IMG/VR virus record: IMGVR_UViG_3300010413_000013
Location: 1-64,000 of that record
Reading direction: 5' to 3' (one strand)
Length of the DNA stretch: 64,000 nt
DNA from: a virus
Part shown: positions 28,838 to 38,894 of the stretch, piece by piece
Layout of the letters: every line of letters starts with the position of its first letter
How positions within the stretch are numbered: position 1 is the stretch's first letter
Notes under the pieces: model-generated
Databases searched by the model: none
What the model was told of the DNA's origin: nothing
The model's input: the letters and a program-made list of their open reading frames with translations, nothing else
Position numbers and translations under genes: made by a program

Positions 28838-30275
28838 ATGGCAAAAAAACGAACAGAGAAGATACCAATAGAAATTGGTACTACTACTAAAGAAGAAATA
28901 TTTAAATATATCTACAACCAATACAAAACTGCACCAGATCAAGAAGCATTTATAGTAGCTTTAAAAGATGATAACTATTCTATGGAAAGACATATGATAG
29001 TAGCTACTATGAAATACCTCTATCCAAATCAGAAAAACATAGAAGAAACAATAGAAGAATGGATAGTTAATATTGAAAAACATCTTAGTAAGAAAGTTTA
29101 TTCGGATGCTATTAATAGAAAAGTAGAAACCTGTCAAGAAGAACTTGGGGAACTGTTGAAATGTTCTACTGGAGATGATATAAGAAATCGTTTAAAAGAT
29201 ATTGTAGTAGAGATAATGAGTATAGACAGAGCAGTAATAGAAATTGATAAAGGACCAATGATAGAAAGAATACCAGAAAAAATATACTATCCAACTACAT
29301 TTCTCAATGTTAGAGTAATACTAGCAAGTCCCTCAAAATTTTCTACTGTAATGCTTTTTAATGGAGAACAATGGTTAGCTACTCTTGAATTTAATGAAGA
29401 GTATAACAAACCTTGGCATTTAAAAATGGTAGATGCTCTCCATAATACTGAAGAACGGTTTTATTCTACTAAAGAAAGTGGTATCAAAACAATGGTAGCT
29501 GAAGTAGTATTAAATAGATTTATGAATGCTGTACCTTTCAACTTCATAGAAGACATACAGGAAAAGGTGTCTAATGAAAAAAAGAAGACAGAGAATACCA
29601 CTCCCACCAAAGAGAAAGAAACTAAGATTAAAGAAAATTAAGTATAGAATAGTAGGTAGATTATACTTCCCTGATTTTTACATACCATGTAAGATAAGAA
29701 GAGGTAGAAAGCTTTATGAAAGTAGACAGAGTATTAAATCCTGTATTAGTAAATACTTTCTACCGAATGATGAAACAACAAAGCTTTTTCCTGATTGTGC
29801 AGGATGTGAAAGATGGATAGAATACCTACCAGAAACTTATTATGGTGAAGTATTTGGGAAAGATTCTACCTATTCAGATGAACCAATTATACTTAAAACA
29901 AACAAAAGAAAAAGGAAGTGAACTATGGAAACACTTCCAGCAAGAAATGAAAGAATTGGATATGACAAATGTGTAGAAGATAATGTTTTAAAAGATGCTT
30001 TAATGGATCTAGCTTTGTTTAGCATAAATACTAAGAAAGGAGAAAGCATATTACAAAGATGGTTGAAAGAGTACAATAGTAGTCGATTATTTAGAGGTTA
30101 TATTAATGAAGTTTCAAGAGAAAAAAGAAGCAAAAGGAAACAAAAGGCTTTATCAATGGTAATTAAAGAAAATAGAAAAGGAGGTGATAAAAGACTAGAT
30201 AGTGATATCTATTGTCTATCAGTATTTAATAAGAAACGAAGGACTAAAAAAATAAGAAGGAGGATTATATTATAG
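28838..30275 (+). CDS. Three hypothetical genes (28838-29641, 29574-29921, 29925-30275)
   Basis: Co-oriented ORFs; the first has an AAGGAGG RBS. Confidence 0.6.
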
Positions 30276-30286
30276 GGGAGTAGTAA

Positions 30287-31693
30287 ATGTCTTCTGAAGA
30301 AAAAAACTATAGTCCAGAAGAAAGAATAGAGGGTTTGGATAGTGTATCAGACTCCGGTGTAGAAGAAGAAGTAAAAGGGATGCTAAAAAACAGTTTTGTA
30401 GATCACAATGCAGAGAGGTCTACCATTCTATCAAACATCCTAAACAAATTATCTTCTTCCTCAAAACAAATTATTAATCTTGTATTAGATCCCCCAAAAG
30501 ACTTAGAAGAAATCACTCTAAGTAAGGAGAAAGAGAAGTATATTACACTCATAGAGTTAGAAAGATATTTAGCATCATATGGTTGGAGTAGATATAAGAT
30601 AGTAAAAGGAATTAAAGAAGTTCGTAAAGCATTAAACTATGTTTTTTATGATGTACAGAAAAAGGAGAAATTAAAAATGGCAAAAAAGACTACCACCAAA
30701 AAAACCAACAAGAAAAGCACTGCACCAAAAGATGGACGGTTAGCAAAATTAAAGAAATTTGCAAAGTTGTTGGAGATTCCAAAATATACAAAAATGAATA
30801 AAGATACACTTGAAGAAAAAGTTTTAGATGTAATAGAAGAGAAAGCAAGAGGTAGCAGGAAGTTCAGAAACTCAAAGGAAAATGAAGAAATGCTGCTTTT
30901 CTATAATTCTGTTGTAGATGAACAAATGGAAGATGATGAAGATGAAGTAGAGGAAGAAGAAACTGAAGATGAAGAAACCGAAACTGAAGACGAAGATGAA
31001 GACGAAGATGAAGAAGAAACCGAAACTGAAGACGAGGACGAAGAAGAAACCGAAACCGAAACTGAAGACGAAGAGGAAGATGAAGAGGAAGAGGAAGAGG
31101 AGGAAGAGGAAGATGAAGAGGAGGAAGAGGAAGACGAAGAGGAAGATGAAGAGGAAGAGGAGGAAGAGGAAGAGGAAGATGATGGTCTGGATGAAATGGA
31201 TCGAAAGGAATTGAAAGCACACATTAAGGAAAATGATCTTGAAGTAAAAGTATTCAAGAAAATGTCAGACGATGATATTAGAGAAGCTATTAGAGCATTG
31301 GATGAAGAGGATGAAGAGGAAGAAGAGGAAGAAGAGGAAGAAGAAGAGGAAGTAGTAGAAACCAAAAAGAAACGTACTAAACTTGATGCAAAAAAAGGGA
31401 AAACAACCACTACTAAAAAAGACAAAGGAAAGAAAGCACCACCTAAGAGAGTACAAAATGGGCCGGGAGTAATTGATTCTATGGTGGAATTTTTGGAGAA
31501 AAAACCACTTACCAAGAAAGCATTGGTAGACAAACTTGCAAAGAGATTCGCTGATAGAAGCGCAGAAGGTATGGCAAAATCTGTTTCTGTCTATCTTGGT
31601 GGGAAGGCTCCAAAGATCATGGGAAGAGGATACACTGTTAAAGTAGTAGATGGTAAGTATATCCTCAAAAAAGGCAAAGGCAAAAAGAAGTAG
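30287..31693 (+). CDS. Protein with a very long D/E tract between Lys-rich regions; strong internal in-frame start at 30677
   Basis: About 90-residue D/E/T tract plus a second poly-E tract; AAGGAG upstream of the internal ATG (MAKKTT...). Confidence 0.75.
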   Translation: MSSEEKNYSPEERIEGLDSVSDSGVEEEVKGMLKNSFVDHNAERSTILSNILNKLSSSSKQIINLVLDPPKDLEEITLSKEKEKYITLIELERYLASYGWSRYKIVKGIKEVRKALNYVFYDVQKKEKLKMAKKTTTKKTNKKSTAPKDGRLAKLKKFAKLLEIPKYTKMNKDTLEEKVLDVIEEKARGSRKFRNSKENEEMLLFYNSVVDEQMEDDEDEVEEEETEDEETETEDEDEDEDEEETETEDEDEEETETETEDEEEDEEEEEEEEEEDEEEEEEDEEEDEEEEEEEEEEDDGLDEMDRKELKAHIKENDLEVKVFKKMSDDDIREAIRALDEEDEEEEEEEEEEEEEVVETKKKRTKLDAKKGKTTTTKKDKGKKAPPKRVQNGPGVIDSMVEFLEKKPLTKKALVDKLAKRFADRSAEGMAKSVSVYLGGKAPKIMGRGYTVKVVDGKYILKKGKGKKK

Positions 31694-31722
31694 TAGAATT
31701 GGTTTAAGGAAGTAATATGAAT

Positions 31723-31779
31723 AAAAAGCCTCAATAGATTGTGCCTCTAGTATAGGTGCGTCTATTGAGGCTTTTTTTT
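31723..31779 (+). terminator. Intrinsic terminator
   Basis: AAAAAGCCTCAATAGA...TCTATTGAGGCTTTTTTTT. Confidence 0.85.
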
Positions 31780-31804
31780 ATGCCTAAAAATTGAGGATAC
31801 TACT

Positions 31805-34435
31805 ATGGCAAAGGAAGGTTTTTATACAGAAGAGAAAATGGCAAAAAAGAAAAAACCTATTAAGAGATCAGTACTACTACCAAACGAAAAAGATGGTTGT
31901 GAAAAGTGTGGATTATACAAACAAACAATGTTGCATAATCCAAAATTAAAACCTTATGGTAGTTTCAGAAAAGAAGTACTTGTTATAGGAGAAGCAGTAA
32001 CAGCAAAAGATGATTATAATGGAAAACCTTTTAGTATTAAGGATGATGCATGGAAAGTATTACATAAAGCCTTTCAAAATTGTGGATGGAGTTTATATAG
32101 AGATTGTAAAATAGTAAATTGCATAGACTGTAGATCAGTAAAAATAGTAGGAGAAGGACATGATTCTTTCATTACTGATAAAACACCTACTAAAACAGAA
32201 ATACGATGTTGTTGGAATAGAAAGCTATCAGCTATTGAGAAGTATAAACCAAAAGCTGTTTTACTAGTAGGTGAAAAAGCTATATCTTCTTGGTATAGCT
32301 TTGATGAAGACAGAAACGCCTTTTCAGAAGTATCCTTGTCTAGTTGGAGAGGAAAAATAATAAAAGATAGAAAACTGAATATATGGGTAGGACATATATA
32401 CGATCCTTCATACATAATTAGAGGAAAGGATAAATATTTTAATATTTATTGCAAAGAACTTAGGAACTTTCTAAAGAAAGTAGATGAACCACTTGAATTA
32501 GAACCAATGCCCAAAATCCACAACTTGAAAAAATTTGAAGAAGTAAAGAAGTTATTAAGCAGGATACTAAGAGAGAAAGGAGAGATCTGCTTTGACTATG
32601 AAACCAGTTCTTTTAGATACTTTGAAAATCAGCATGAATTATATTTAGTATCCATATGCTATAAAGGGAAGACATTTGTTTTTCCCTACGACTTTCCACA
32701 TAAGTATAAGAATAATAGTAGAGTAGCATGGTGGAGTAGGTGGGAAAGAAGAGAAATAAAAAATCTACTAAAACGAATCCTTGAAGATCCTACAATTACT
32801 AAAGTAGCACAAAACATAAAGCATGAAATAATTGCTTCTGAATATTTGGTAGAAGATGCAAAAGTTAGAGGTGCAGCATTCGACACAATGATTGCACACC
32901 ACGTATTAGATGAAACTGCTAAGACTACAGGATTAAAATTTCAAACCTTCTACCATTTTGGAGTATATGATTATAGTAGAGAAATGAAAAGATATATGGT
33001 AGCTGAAAGAGGAGAGAAAAATAATTTTATACTTGCTCCTACTAAAGAAGCTTTTAATTATTGTGGTTATGATAGTGCATTTACTAATAGAATAAAAAAG
33101 ATCCAAAGGAGACAATTAAAAGAACAGAAACTAACCAAAGCATATGATTTATTGCATACAGGAGTAATAGCCTATGCCGACATAGAACAAAATGGAATTA
33201 AAATAGATGTAACATTAGCAAAGAAACTAAAGAACCAGTGGGATAATAGAATAGTAGAACTCAAAGACAGTATATTGAATAGTAAAGAAGCAAGGAGGTT
33301 TGAAAAGCTGAAGGGTAGACCTATGGCTTATAATAAAGAATTATCAGCAGCAGATTTGAGAGTACTACTATTTGATATACTGAAGATCAAACCAATAAAA
33401 CACACCAAAACAACTTGGTCTGTTGATAAAGAAGTATTAACTAAAATTGCTGCTAGGAATAAACTAGAGATACTAGACCACGAATTGGAAATAAGAATAC
33501 TACAAAAACTTTCTGGTACATACCTATCACAAATATTAGATAATGAAGTAAATGGGTTTATCTACCCAAATTTCAATCTACATATACCAGCAAGCTACAG
33601 ATCTAGTTCTAATGATCCTAATTTACAGAATCAACCAAAGAGATATGAAGCAGGGAAGGAGATAAGAAGACTTTTTACTACTAGGTTTGGGCAGTTCGGA
33701 CAGTTAGCAAATCCAGACTATAAAGCAATGGAAGTTAGAATTATAGCTTGTGTAACAAAAGATCCTGTACTAATAGACTTCATTGTTAGTGGTAACGATC
33801 CTCATGCCTATTGGTCAGAAAAGATATTTAGTAGAATCTTTAGTAGTAAAGAAAGAACAAAAGAATTAAGACAGGAAACAAAAAATAAACTTGTTTTTCC
33901 TTGCTTCTATGGATCTTTCTATAAGAAAACCGCACCCGATTTATGGGAAGTATTGACAGATGAAGAAAGAAGAGAATGGAAAAACTATAACAAATTCGAG
34001 CAACACATAGAAGATGTAGAAGACGACTTTTGGACTATGTTTAAAGTTACTAGAGAATGGCAGAATAATTATGTTAATAGTTATTATAAAAAAGGCTATA
34101 TAAGAGATTACGCTTGGGGATTTATTAGAAGAGGTTATTTAGATAGAACGAAAATATTTAACTTCCCAATTCAAGGACCAGCCTTTCATTGTTTACAATG
34201 GAGTATTAATGAGATCTGGAAACAAAACTTCTTTAACATGAAGAGTCTACTATGTGGAGAGATCCATGATGAACTTTTTTGGGATAACTGGAGAAGAGAA
34301 TTTCCAGTATTGAAAAAGAAAGTAGACTATATCATGACAGAAAAAATCAGAGAAGATAATCCTTGGATTATAGTACCACTAGAGACAGAATGGGAAATAG
34401 GTCCAAATTGGGCAGAGATGAAAGAAGTAAAATGA
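31805..34435 (+). CDS. polA: Family A DNA polymerase with N-terminal uracil-DNA-glycosylase-like domain and 3'-5' exonuclease
   Basis: UDG-like CEKCGL..VIGEA..NCIDCR; exonuclease FDYET, AQNIKHE, YCGYD; polymerase motifs DYKAMEVR, RQETKNKLVFPCFYG, IHDEL. Confidence 0.92.
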   Translation: MAKEGFYTEEKMAKKKKPIKRSVLLPNEKDGCEKCGLYKQTMLHNPKLKPYGSFRKEVLVIGEAVTAKDDYNGKPFSIKDDAWKVLHKAFQNCGWSLYRDCKIVNCIDCRSVKIVGEGHDSFITDKTPTKTEIRCCWNRKLSAIEKYKPKAVLLVGEKAISSWYSFDEDRNAFSEVSLSSWRGKIIKDRKLNIWVGHIYDPSYIIRGKDKYFNIYCKELRNFLKKVDEPLELEPMPKIHNLKKFEEVKKLLSRILREKGEICFDYETSSFRYFENQHELYLVSICYKGKTFVFPYDFPHKYKNNSRVAWWSRWERREIKNLLKRILEDPTITKVAQNIKHEIIASEYLVEDAKVRGAAFDTMIAHHVLDETAKTTGLKFQTFYHFGVYDYSREMKRYMVAERGEKNNFILAPTKEAFNYCGYDSAFTNRIKKIQRRQLKEQKLTKAYDLLHTGVIAYADIEQNGIKIDVTLAKKLKNQWDNRIVELKDSILNSKEARRFEKLKGRPMAYNKELSAADLRVLLFDILKIKPIKHTKTTWSVDKEVLTKIAARNKLEILDHELEIRILQKLSGTYLSQILDNEVNGFIYPNFNLHIPASYRSSSNDPNLQNQPKRYEAGKEIRRLFTTRFGQFGQLANPDYKAMEVRIIACVTKDPVLIDFIVSGNDPHAYWSEKIFSRIFSSKERTKELRQETKNKLVFPCFYGSFYKKTAPDLWEVLTDEERREWKNYNKFEQHIEDVEDDFWTMFKVTREWQNNYVNSYYKKGYIRDYAWGFIRRGYLDRTKIFNFPIQGPAFHCLQWSINEIWKQNFFNMKSLLCGEIHDELFWDNWRREFPVLKKKVDYIMTEKIREDNPWIIVPLETEWEIGPNWAEMKEVK

Positions 34436-34695
34436 AAAAGAGAGAGAAGATAGTAATAGAAAGACTCCATTATAATCCAGTAGACCACATACCGAAAAAA
34501 TGGTTAAGTGTAAGAAACAAAATACTATGGAAGATAAAACATAAGAAAGAATATGATGGAGCAGTGCGGTGTCCTATTTGTGGAAATGCTGTTGTCTATT
34601 CTATGGAAACTTTTAACTACTCCTTTCATGTTATGTGTAAAACCAAAGGATGTATAAATTTCTTTGAACACGGCACTGAATTTATGGGGAGATAA
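34432..34695 (+). CDS. Small Zn-ribbon-like protein
   Basis: CPICG...CKTKGC. Confidence 0.55.
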   Translation: MKKREKIVIERLHYNPVDHIPKKWLSVRNKILWKIKHKKEYDGAVRCPICGNAVVYSMETFNYSFHVMCKTKGCINFFEHGTEFMGR

Positions 34696-34698
34696 ATT

Positions 34699-34896
34699 AT
34701 GGTTTGGAAAAATGAAACAGGAAGTAAAATGCCTTTTGGTAAATACAAAGGGACATATATAGAAGATCTACCGTATTCTTATTTAACTTGGTTACTTGAA
34801 CAAAGTTGGTTTGAAAAGCAATATAAGTTTTTAATGATAGAATGCAATGAAGAATGGTTAGAAAGAAGAGAAAACCAAGAAAGAATGGATGAATAA
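34699..34896 (+). CDS. DUF3820-like small protein
   Basis: MPFGKYKG..IEDLP.SYL.WL signature. Confidence 0.75.
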   Translation: MVWKNETGSKMPFGKYKGTYIEDLPYSYLTWLLEQSWFEKQYKFLMIECNEEWLERRENQERMDE

Positions 34897-35371
34897 AATG
34901 AAACGAAAAGAATTAGTAAGACTTAGTAGAAATAATCTAGACGATGCAGCAGAAGAACAAGCGGAAAGATATTTAGATGCAGCAGATACACAAGCTGAAG
35001 TAGGAAGAAGAAAAGAAAAATTAGAGAAAAGAATAAAAGATTTTGAAGCAGATCTAGCAGGGAAATACAGAAAACAACCTATGAAATATTTAGGTACTGA
35101 TAAGATAAGTGTACAAGATAAAGCAATACAAGAAAGAATTAGTAGACATAAAACTATTAGAAGACTTAGAGATGAGCTAATAGACATTCGACATGAATTT
35201 AATATGGCAGCTAATTTAGTAAATGCTTTAGACCAAAGAAGATCGGGTATAAAGTATTTACAAGAACTATGGAAAGGAGAATATTGGGGATTAGAACACA
35301 ATGCAGATCCATTAGAAGAAGCAGATTTACGACTTAGAAAACAAAAAAGGAGAAATAAAAACAATGAGTAA
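34889..35371 (+). CDS. UvsY-like recombination mediator
   Basis: Helical protein with ALDQRR..IKYL.EL....YW; sits upstream of the SSB and recombinase. Confidence 0.55.
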   Translation: MNKMKRKELVRLSRNNLDDAAEEQAERYLDAADTQAEVGRRKEKLEKRIKDFEADLAGKYRKQPMKYLGTDKISVQDKAIQERISRHKTIRRLRDELIDIRHEFNMAANLVNALDQRRSGIKYLQELWKGEYWGLEHNADPLEEADLRLRKQKRRNKNNE

Positions 35372-36512
35372 AAAGAAAAAAACTACTAAAAGAAGCACTC
35401 CCGATTACAGTGGTATGAGAGAAGATGTAGACCATGTTGTAAAAAACAGAGGTAATACAGGGAAGTTTGGTAATTATTTTGTTGGAGATGTAGAATTATG
35501 GAAAGTTTCAGAAGATGAACACGAAATTGCTATTATGCCTTCTAAAATAGAAGATCCAGAAAACAGTATTTTCAGAAGTAATAATGCTTTAAACAAACCA
35601 TTTAGAGAAGAAGACATTGAAAATGATAATTGTAGAATCTGGAGATTAACATTACTAATACATAGTAACGTCGGACCAAACCGTGATAGGATCGTTTGTC
35701 CGGGTACTGTTAAAAAACCATGTCCCATTTGTAATTTCATAGATACACTAGATCCAGAAGAAGATGAAAAACTTATTAATGATCTTAGAGCAACAAAGAA
35801 AGGGATTATGGCTATTTACTGTTTCGATTCAAAAAAGGATAGAAAAAAAGGTATCCAAATTTGGGAAGCACCACATAAAAAGATAATAGATGTTGTAGGT
35901 AGTATTGCTTCTAAAAATAAAAAGAAAGGTGGGTATAAAGATTTTTTTATTCCAGAAGAAAATTGGAATATCCTTTTTGAAAGAACCGGCAGCCGATTGA
36001 ATACGGATTATCTAGATGTGAGAATAGAAGAAAGAGATGAGGAAGACCGATTTTCACCAAAAGAACTTAAAAAACTTTTAGCACAAGTACCAGATCTGGA
36101 ACAAATAGTAGAAATTAAAAGTGAAGAAGAAATAGAAGAAATGTTTCCTATAGATGAACTAATGGAAAAACCAACAAAGAAAAACAAAAAGAAAAAACGA
36201 CAGCGTTTTGACGAAGATGAAGAAACCGAAACTGAAGACGAAGATGAAGACGAAGATGAAGAGGAAGACGAAGATGAAGAAGAAACCGAAACTGAAGACG
36301 AAGATGAAGACGAAGATGAAGAGGAAGACGAAGATGAAGAGGAAGACGAAGATGAAGACGAAGATGAAGATGAAGAAAAACCTGATTGCTTTGGTTTAAA
36401 ATGTAATAAGATAAGCAAATGTAAGAAGTGTGATGAAGATATTTGGGATGAGTGTTTTGAACTTACTGAAAAGAGGGATAGAAAGAAAAAAGGTAAGAAA
36501 GGCAAAAAATAA
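35364..36512 (+). CDS. gp32-like single-stranded DNA binding protein with acidic tract and C-terminal Cys cluster
   Basis: H..VGP....VCP....KPCPIC Zn motif, IQIWE, RTG....TDY; D/E tract containing a perfect 60-bp tandem duplication (36221-36340). Confidence 0.7.
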   Translation: MSKKKKTTKRSTPDYSGMREDVDHVVKNRGNTGKFGNYFVGDVELWKVSEDEHEIAIMPSKIEDPENSIFRSNNALNKPFREEDIENDNCRIWRLTLLIHSNVGPNRDRIVCPGTVKKPCPICNFIDTLDPEEDEKLINDLRATKKGIMAIYCFDSKKDRKKGIQIWEAPHKKIIDVVGSIASKNKKKGGYKDFFIPEENWNILFERTGSRLNTDYLDVRIEERDEEDRFSPKELKKLLAQVPDLEQIVEIKSEEEIEEMFPIDELMEKPTKKNKKKKRQRFDEDEETETEDEDEDEDEEEDEDEEETETEDEDEDEDEEEDEDEEEDEDEDEDEDEEKPDCFGLKCNKISKCKKCDEDIWDECFELTEKRDRKKKGKKGKK

Positions 36513-37534
36513 TGAAGAAAAGAAAAAGAATAAAACTTGAAGATTCTCTTCCTAGAGTAGATCCAAGCATGTTTATTGGCAGTGGTTCTACTCTACACAA
36601 CCTAAGACTAACAGGACATCCCGATTGTGCATATAAAAAAGGAACCTTTGTAAATATAATAGGAGATTCTTTTGCAGGGAAAACAGTACTAGCATGGACA
36701 ATACTAGCACTTGCTTGTAGTGATAAGAGAGTAAAAGATTACGATAAATTTTATAATGAATCTGAAAACGGAGTAGGTTTTGATATAGAAGATCTATTTG
36801 GTAAAGTTGCAGCTAAGAAGGTTATAAGAGAAGTAGAAGGAGGTAGTTTTAAAAATTCTATTTATATAGAGAATTGGGCAAAAGACCTACCTAAGAGAAT
36901 GTCAAAAAGACCAATTATAGAAGTACAGGATAGCTTTGATAATTTAAAATGCAAAGAAGAAGAAAAAAAGAAGGTGGAAGATAGAAACTATCCATCAAAA
37001 CCAAGGATACTAACAGAAATCCTTAGAAGAAATGAAGGTACAGTAAAGAAAACAGGTAGTATTATTTTTATTGTTTCCCAAGTTAGGGATAATCTGGATG
37101 CTGTTATGTTTGGATCAAAAAAGCGTAGAACTGGTGGTAGAGCATTAAAGCATTACTGTGAAGTAGAAGAGTGGTTAGCAGCAGGAAAACCAATAACTAA
37201 AACATTTAGGGAAAGGAAAGAAGAAATAGGAAACTTTGTAGCTGTAAAGGTAACAAAGAATAGATCCACTGGTAGGAAAGGTAGAATAGAGTTTCCACTG
37301 ATAGTAGATTATGGGATTGATGATATTCTATCACAAATATTATTTCTAATACAATATAAAGAATGGAAGAAAACTGATAGTAAAATAAAATCTCCTTGGG
37401 GTAATTATACACAACAAGCATTAATAAAATTGATAGAAGATGAAGGACTAGAAGAAGAGCTAAAAGCAGAAACCACTAAACTTTGGAGTGAGATGCTTAA
37501 AGCTATCAAAGTAGAAAGGAAAAGGAAGTTTTAA
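36512..37534 (+). CDS. RecA/UvsX-like recombinase
   Basis: GDSFAGKT, QDSF, SQVRD, TGGRALKHY, KVTKNR, YGID. Confidence 0.9.
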   Translation: MKKRKRIKLEDSLPRVDPSMFIGSGSTLHNLRLTGHPDCAYKKGTFVNIIGDSFAGKTVLAWTILALACSDKRVKDYDKFYNESENGVGFDIEDLFGKVAAKKVIREVEGGSFKNSIYIENWAKDLPKRMSKRPIIEVQDSFDNLKCKEEEKKKVEDRNYPSKPRILTEILRRNEGTVKKTGSIIFIVSQVRDNLDAVMFGSKKRRTGGRALKHYCEVEEWLAAGKPITKTFRERKEEIGNFVAVKVTKNRSTGRKGRIEFPLIVDYGIDDILSQILFLIQYKEWKKTDSKIKSPWGNYTQQALIKLIEDEGLEEELKAETTKLWSEMLKAIKVERKRKF

Positions 37535-38373
37535 TGATTATAGTAGACTGTAACTCATTATGTTACAAAGCTTTCTTCTCCTATGGTGCTCTAACTACTG
37601 CCGATGAAAAGACAGGAATTGTCTATGGATTTTTTAGAGATATTTATAATCTTAAAAAGAAGTATAATAATTTATCTCCATTTCTTTTTACTTGGGATAG
37701 CAAGGAAAGTAAGAGAAGAGAAATCTATCCTTTGTATAAAGCAAACAGGACCAAAACCAAGTCTATGCTTTCTGAAGAAGACTTTGCACAATTTGATTTA
37801 TTAAGAACACAAGTACTACAAGAACTTGGATTTACAAATATCTACTATAGAAATGGATATGAAGCAGACGATTTAATAGCTTTAATTTGTCATAAATTTA
37901 AAAACAGTAGAAAGGTAATAGTATCATCAGATCAGGATCTATATCAATTATTATCTTCTACTACTATGATGTACAAACCAAAGAAGGATCAGGAATATAC
38001 TCTAAAAGATTTTAAACGGCAGTATAAGATAACTCCTGTACAGTGGGCAGAAGTAAAAGCTATTGCTGGTTGTTCTACTGATAATGTAAAAGGAATTAGA
38101 GGAGTGGGAGAAGCTACTGCTATAAAGATTATCAAAGGTACACATAGCCAGAAAGGAATGGTGAAAATAAAACAACAACAAAGCATAATAGATAGAAATA
38201 GAGAATTAGTGAAACTCCCATTTGAAGATTTTCCTATTAGAATACCAATAGAAGATAGTTTCAATTGGAAAGCATTTAAAATTTACTGCTATAGATTTGG
38301 TTTTAATTCTATAATAACAGAACTACCAAAATGGAAACAATTATTTTTAGATGGTACTGTAGAGTACTTTTAA
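37534..38373 (+). CDS. 5'-3' exonuclease/flap endonuclease
   Basis: IVDCN, YKANR, YEADD, SSDQD, DNVKGIRGVGEATA (H3TH). Confidence 0.92.
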   Translation: MIIVDCNSLCYKAFFSYGALTTADEKTGIVYGFFRDIYNLKKKYNNLSPFLFTWDSKESKRREIYPLYKANRTKTKSMLSEEDFAQFDLLRTQVLQELGFTNIYYRNGYEADDLIALICHKFKNSRKVIVSSDQDLYQLLSSTTMMYKPKKDQEYTLKDFKRQYKITPVQWAEVKAIAGCSTDNVKGIRGVGEATAIKIIKGTHSQKGMVKIKQQQSIIDRNRELVKLPFEDFPIRIPIEDSFNWKAFKIYCYRFGFNSIITELPKWKQLFLDGTVEYF

Positions 38374-38391
38374 ACAGAAAGGAGAATAACA

Positions 38392-38625
38392 TTGAAAGAT
38401 AAGAAAAAAAAGAAGGTAGATCCTATTAGTAGAAACTTTAAAGAAATGATAGCAGCATTAGAAAAAGGATATGAAGAATATAAAAGATTTAAAGTAGACA
38501 AGGTTATGGTAGCTGCTAAAAATTCCAGAGATTGTTTAATGGTAGTACACAAAAGGACAAAAGAAAGTAGACAGCTTATACAGGACAAAAAAAATAAACG
38601 AATGGCAATGAAGAAGAGTGGTTAA
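38392..38625 (+). CDS. Hc1-like small basic DNA-binding protein
   Basis: KRFKVDKVMVAAKNSR..LM...KRTKESR..IQ resembles the Hc1-family pattern. Confidence 0.5.
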   Translation: MKDKKKKKVDPISRNFKEMIAALEKGYEEYKRFKVDKVMVAAKNSRDCLMVVHKRTKESRQLIQDKKNKRMAMKKSG

Positions 38626-38635
38626 ATAATATTAA

Positions 38636-38740
38636 TACTGCTTGCCGGGGGAAGAGTGGCTTGTTTCACTTGCCGTTCCGTTCGATTCGGAACTTTAAAA
38701 AGTCGGGTTGACGAGTTGGTTCGAGTCCAACTAAGCAGTA
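38636..38740 (+). ncRNA. tRNA-like RNA with two T-arms
   Basis: CTGCTTG/TAAGCAG acceptor-like stem stacked on a GTTGG-TTCGAGT-CCAAC T-arm, plus an extra GTTCCG-TTCGATT-CGGAAC arm. No canonical D or anticodon arm. Confidence 0.6.
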
Positions 38741-38894
38741 AATAAAAAGGAGTAAACAATGTTTAATAAACTTGCTTTCTGTTTTTATGTTTTATTTGCA
38801 GCACCTCTTTCTGCTCTTATGTATTATTTAATAGGAGAGCATAAAGTATTTTCACTAGTGAAAGCAGATATAAAAGCAGGATGGGGGAGACTTA

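Noticed and set aside
30864-31533. Antisense and alternate-frame ORFs (poly-Ser, Leu/Phe-rich, Lys/Arg-rich), also at 36008-36505
   Set aside because: Shadows of GAA/GAG/GAT low-complexity tracts in the acidic genes.
36213-36380. Periodic repeats as a CRISPR array or DGR template/variable pair
   Set aside because: In-frame coding repeats without unique spacers; no adenine-specific mismatches and no reverse transcriptase gene.
38636-38740. Canonical tRNA (including tRNA-Sec from the TTCA run) or tmRNA
   Set aside because: No proper D-arm or 7-nt anticodon loop; no G3-U70 pair or tag ORF. Kept only as a tRNA-like RNA.
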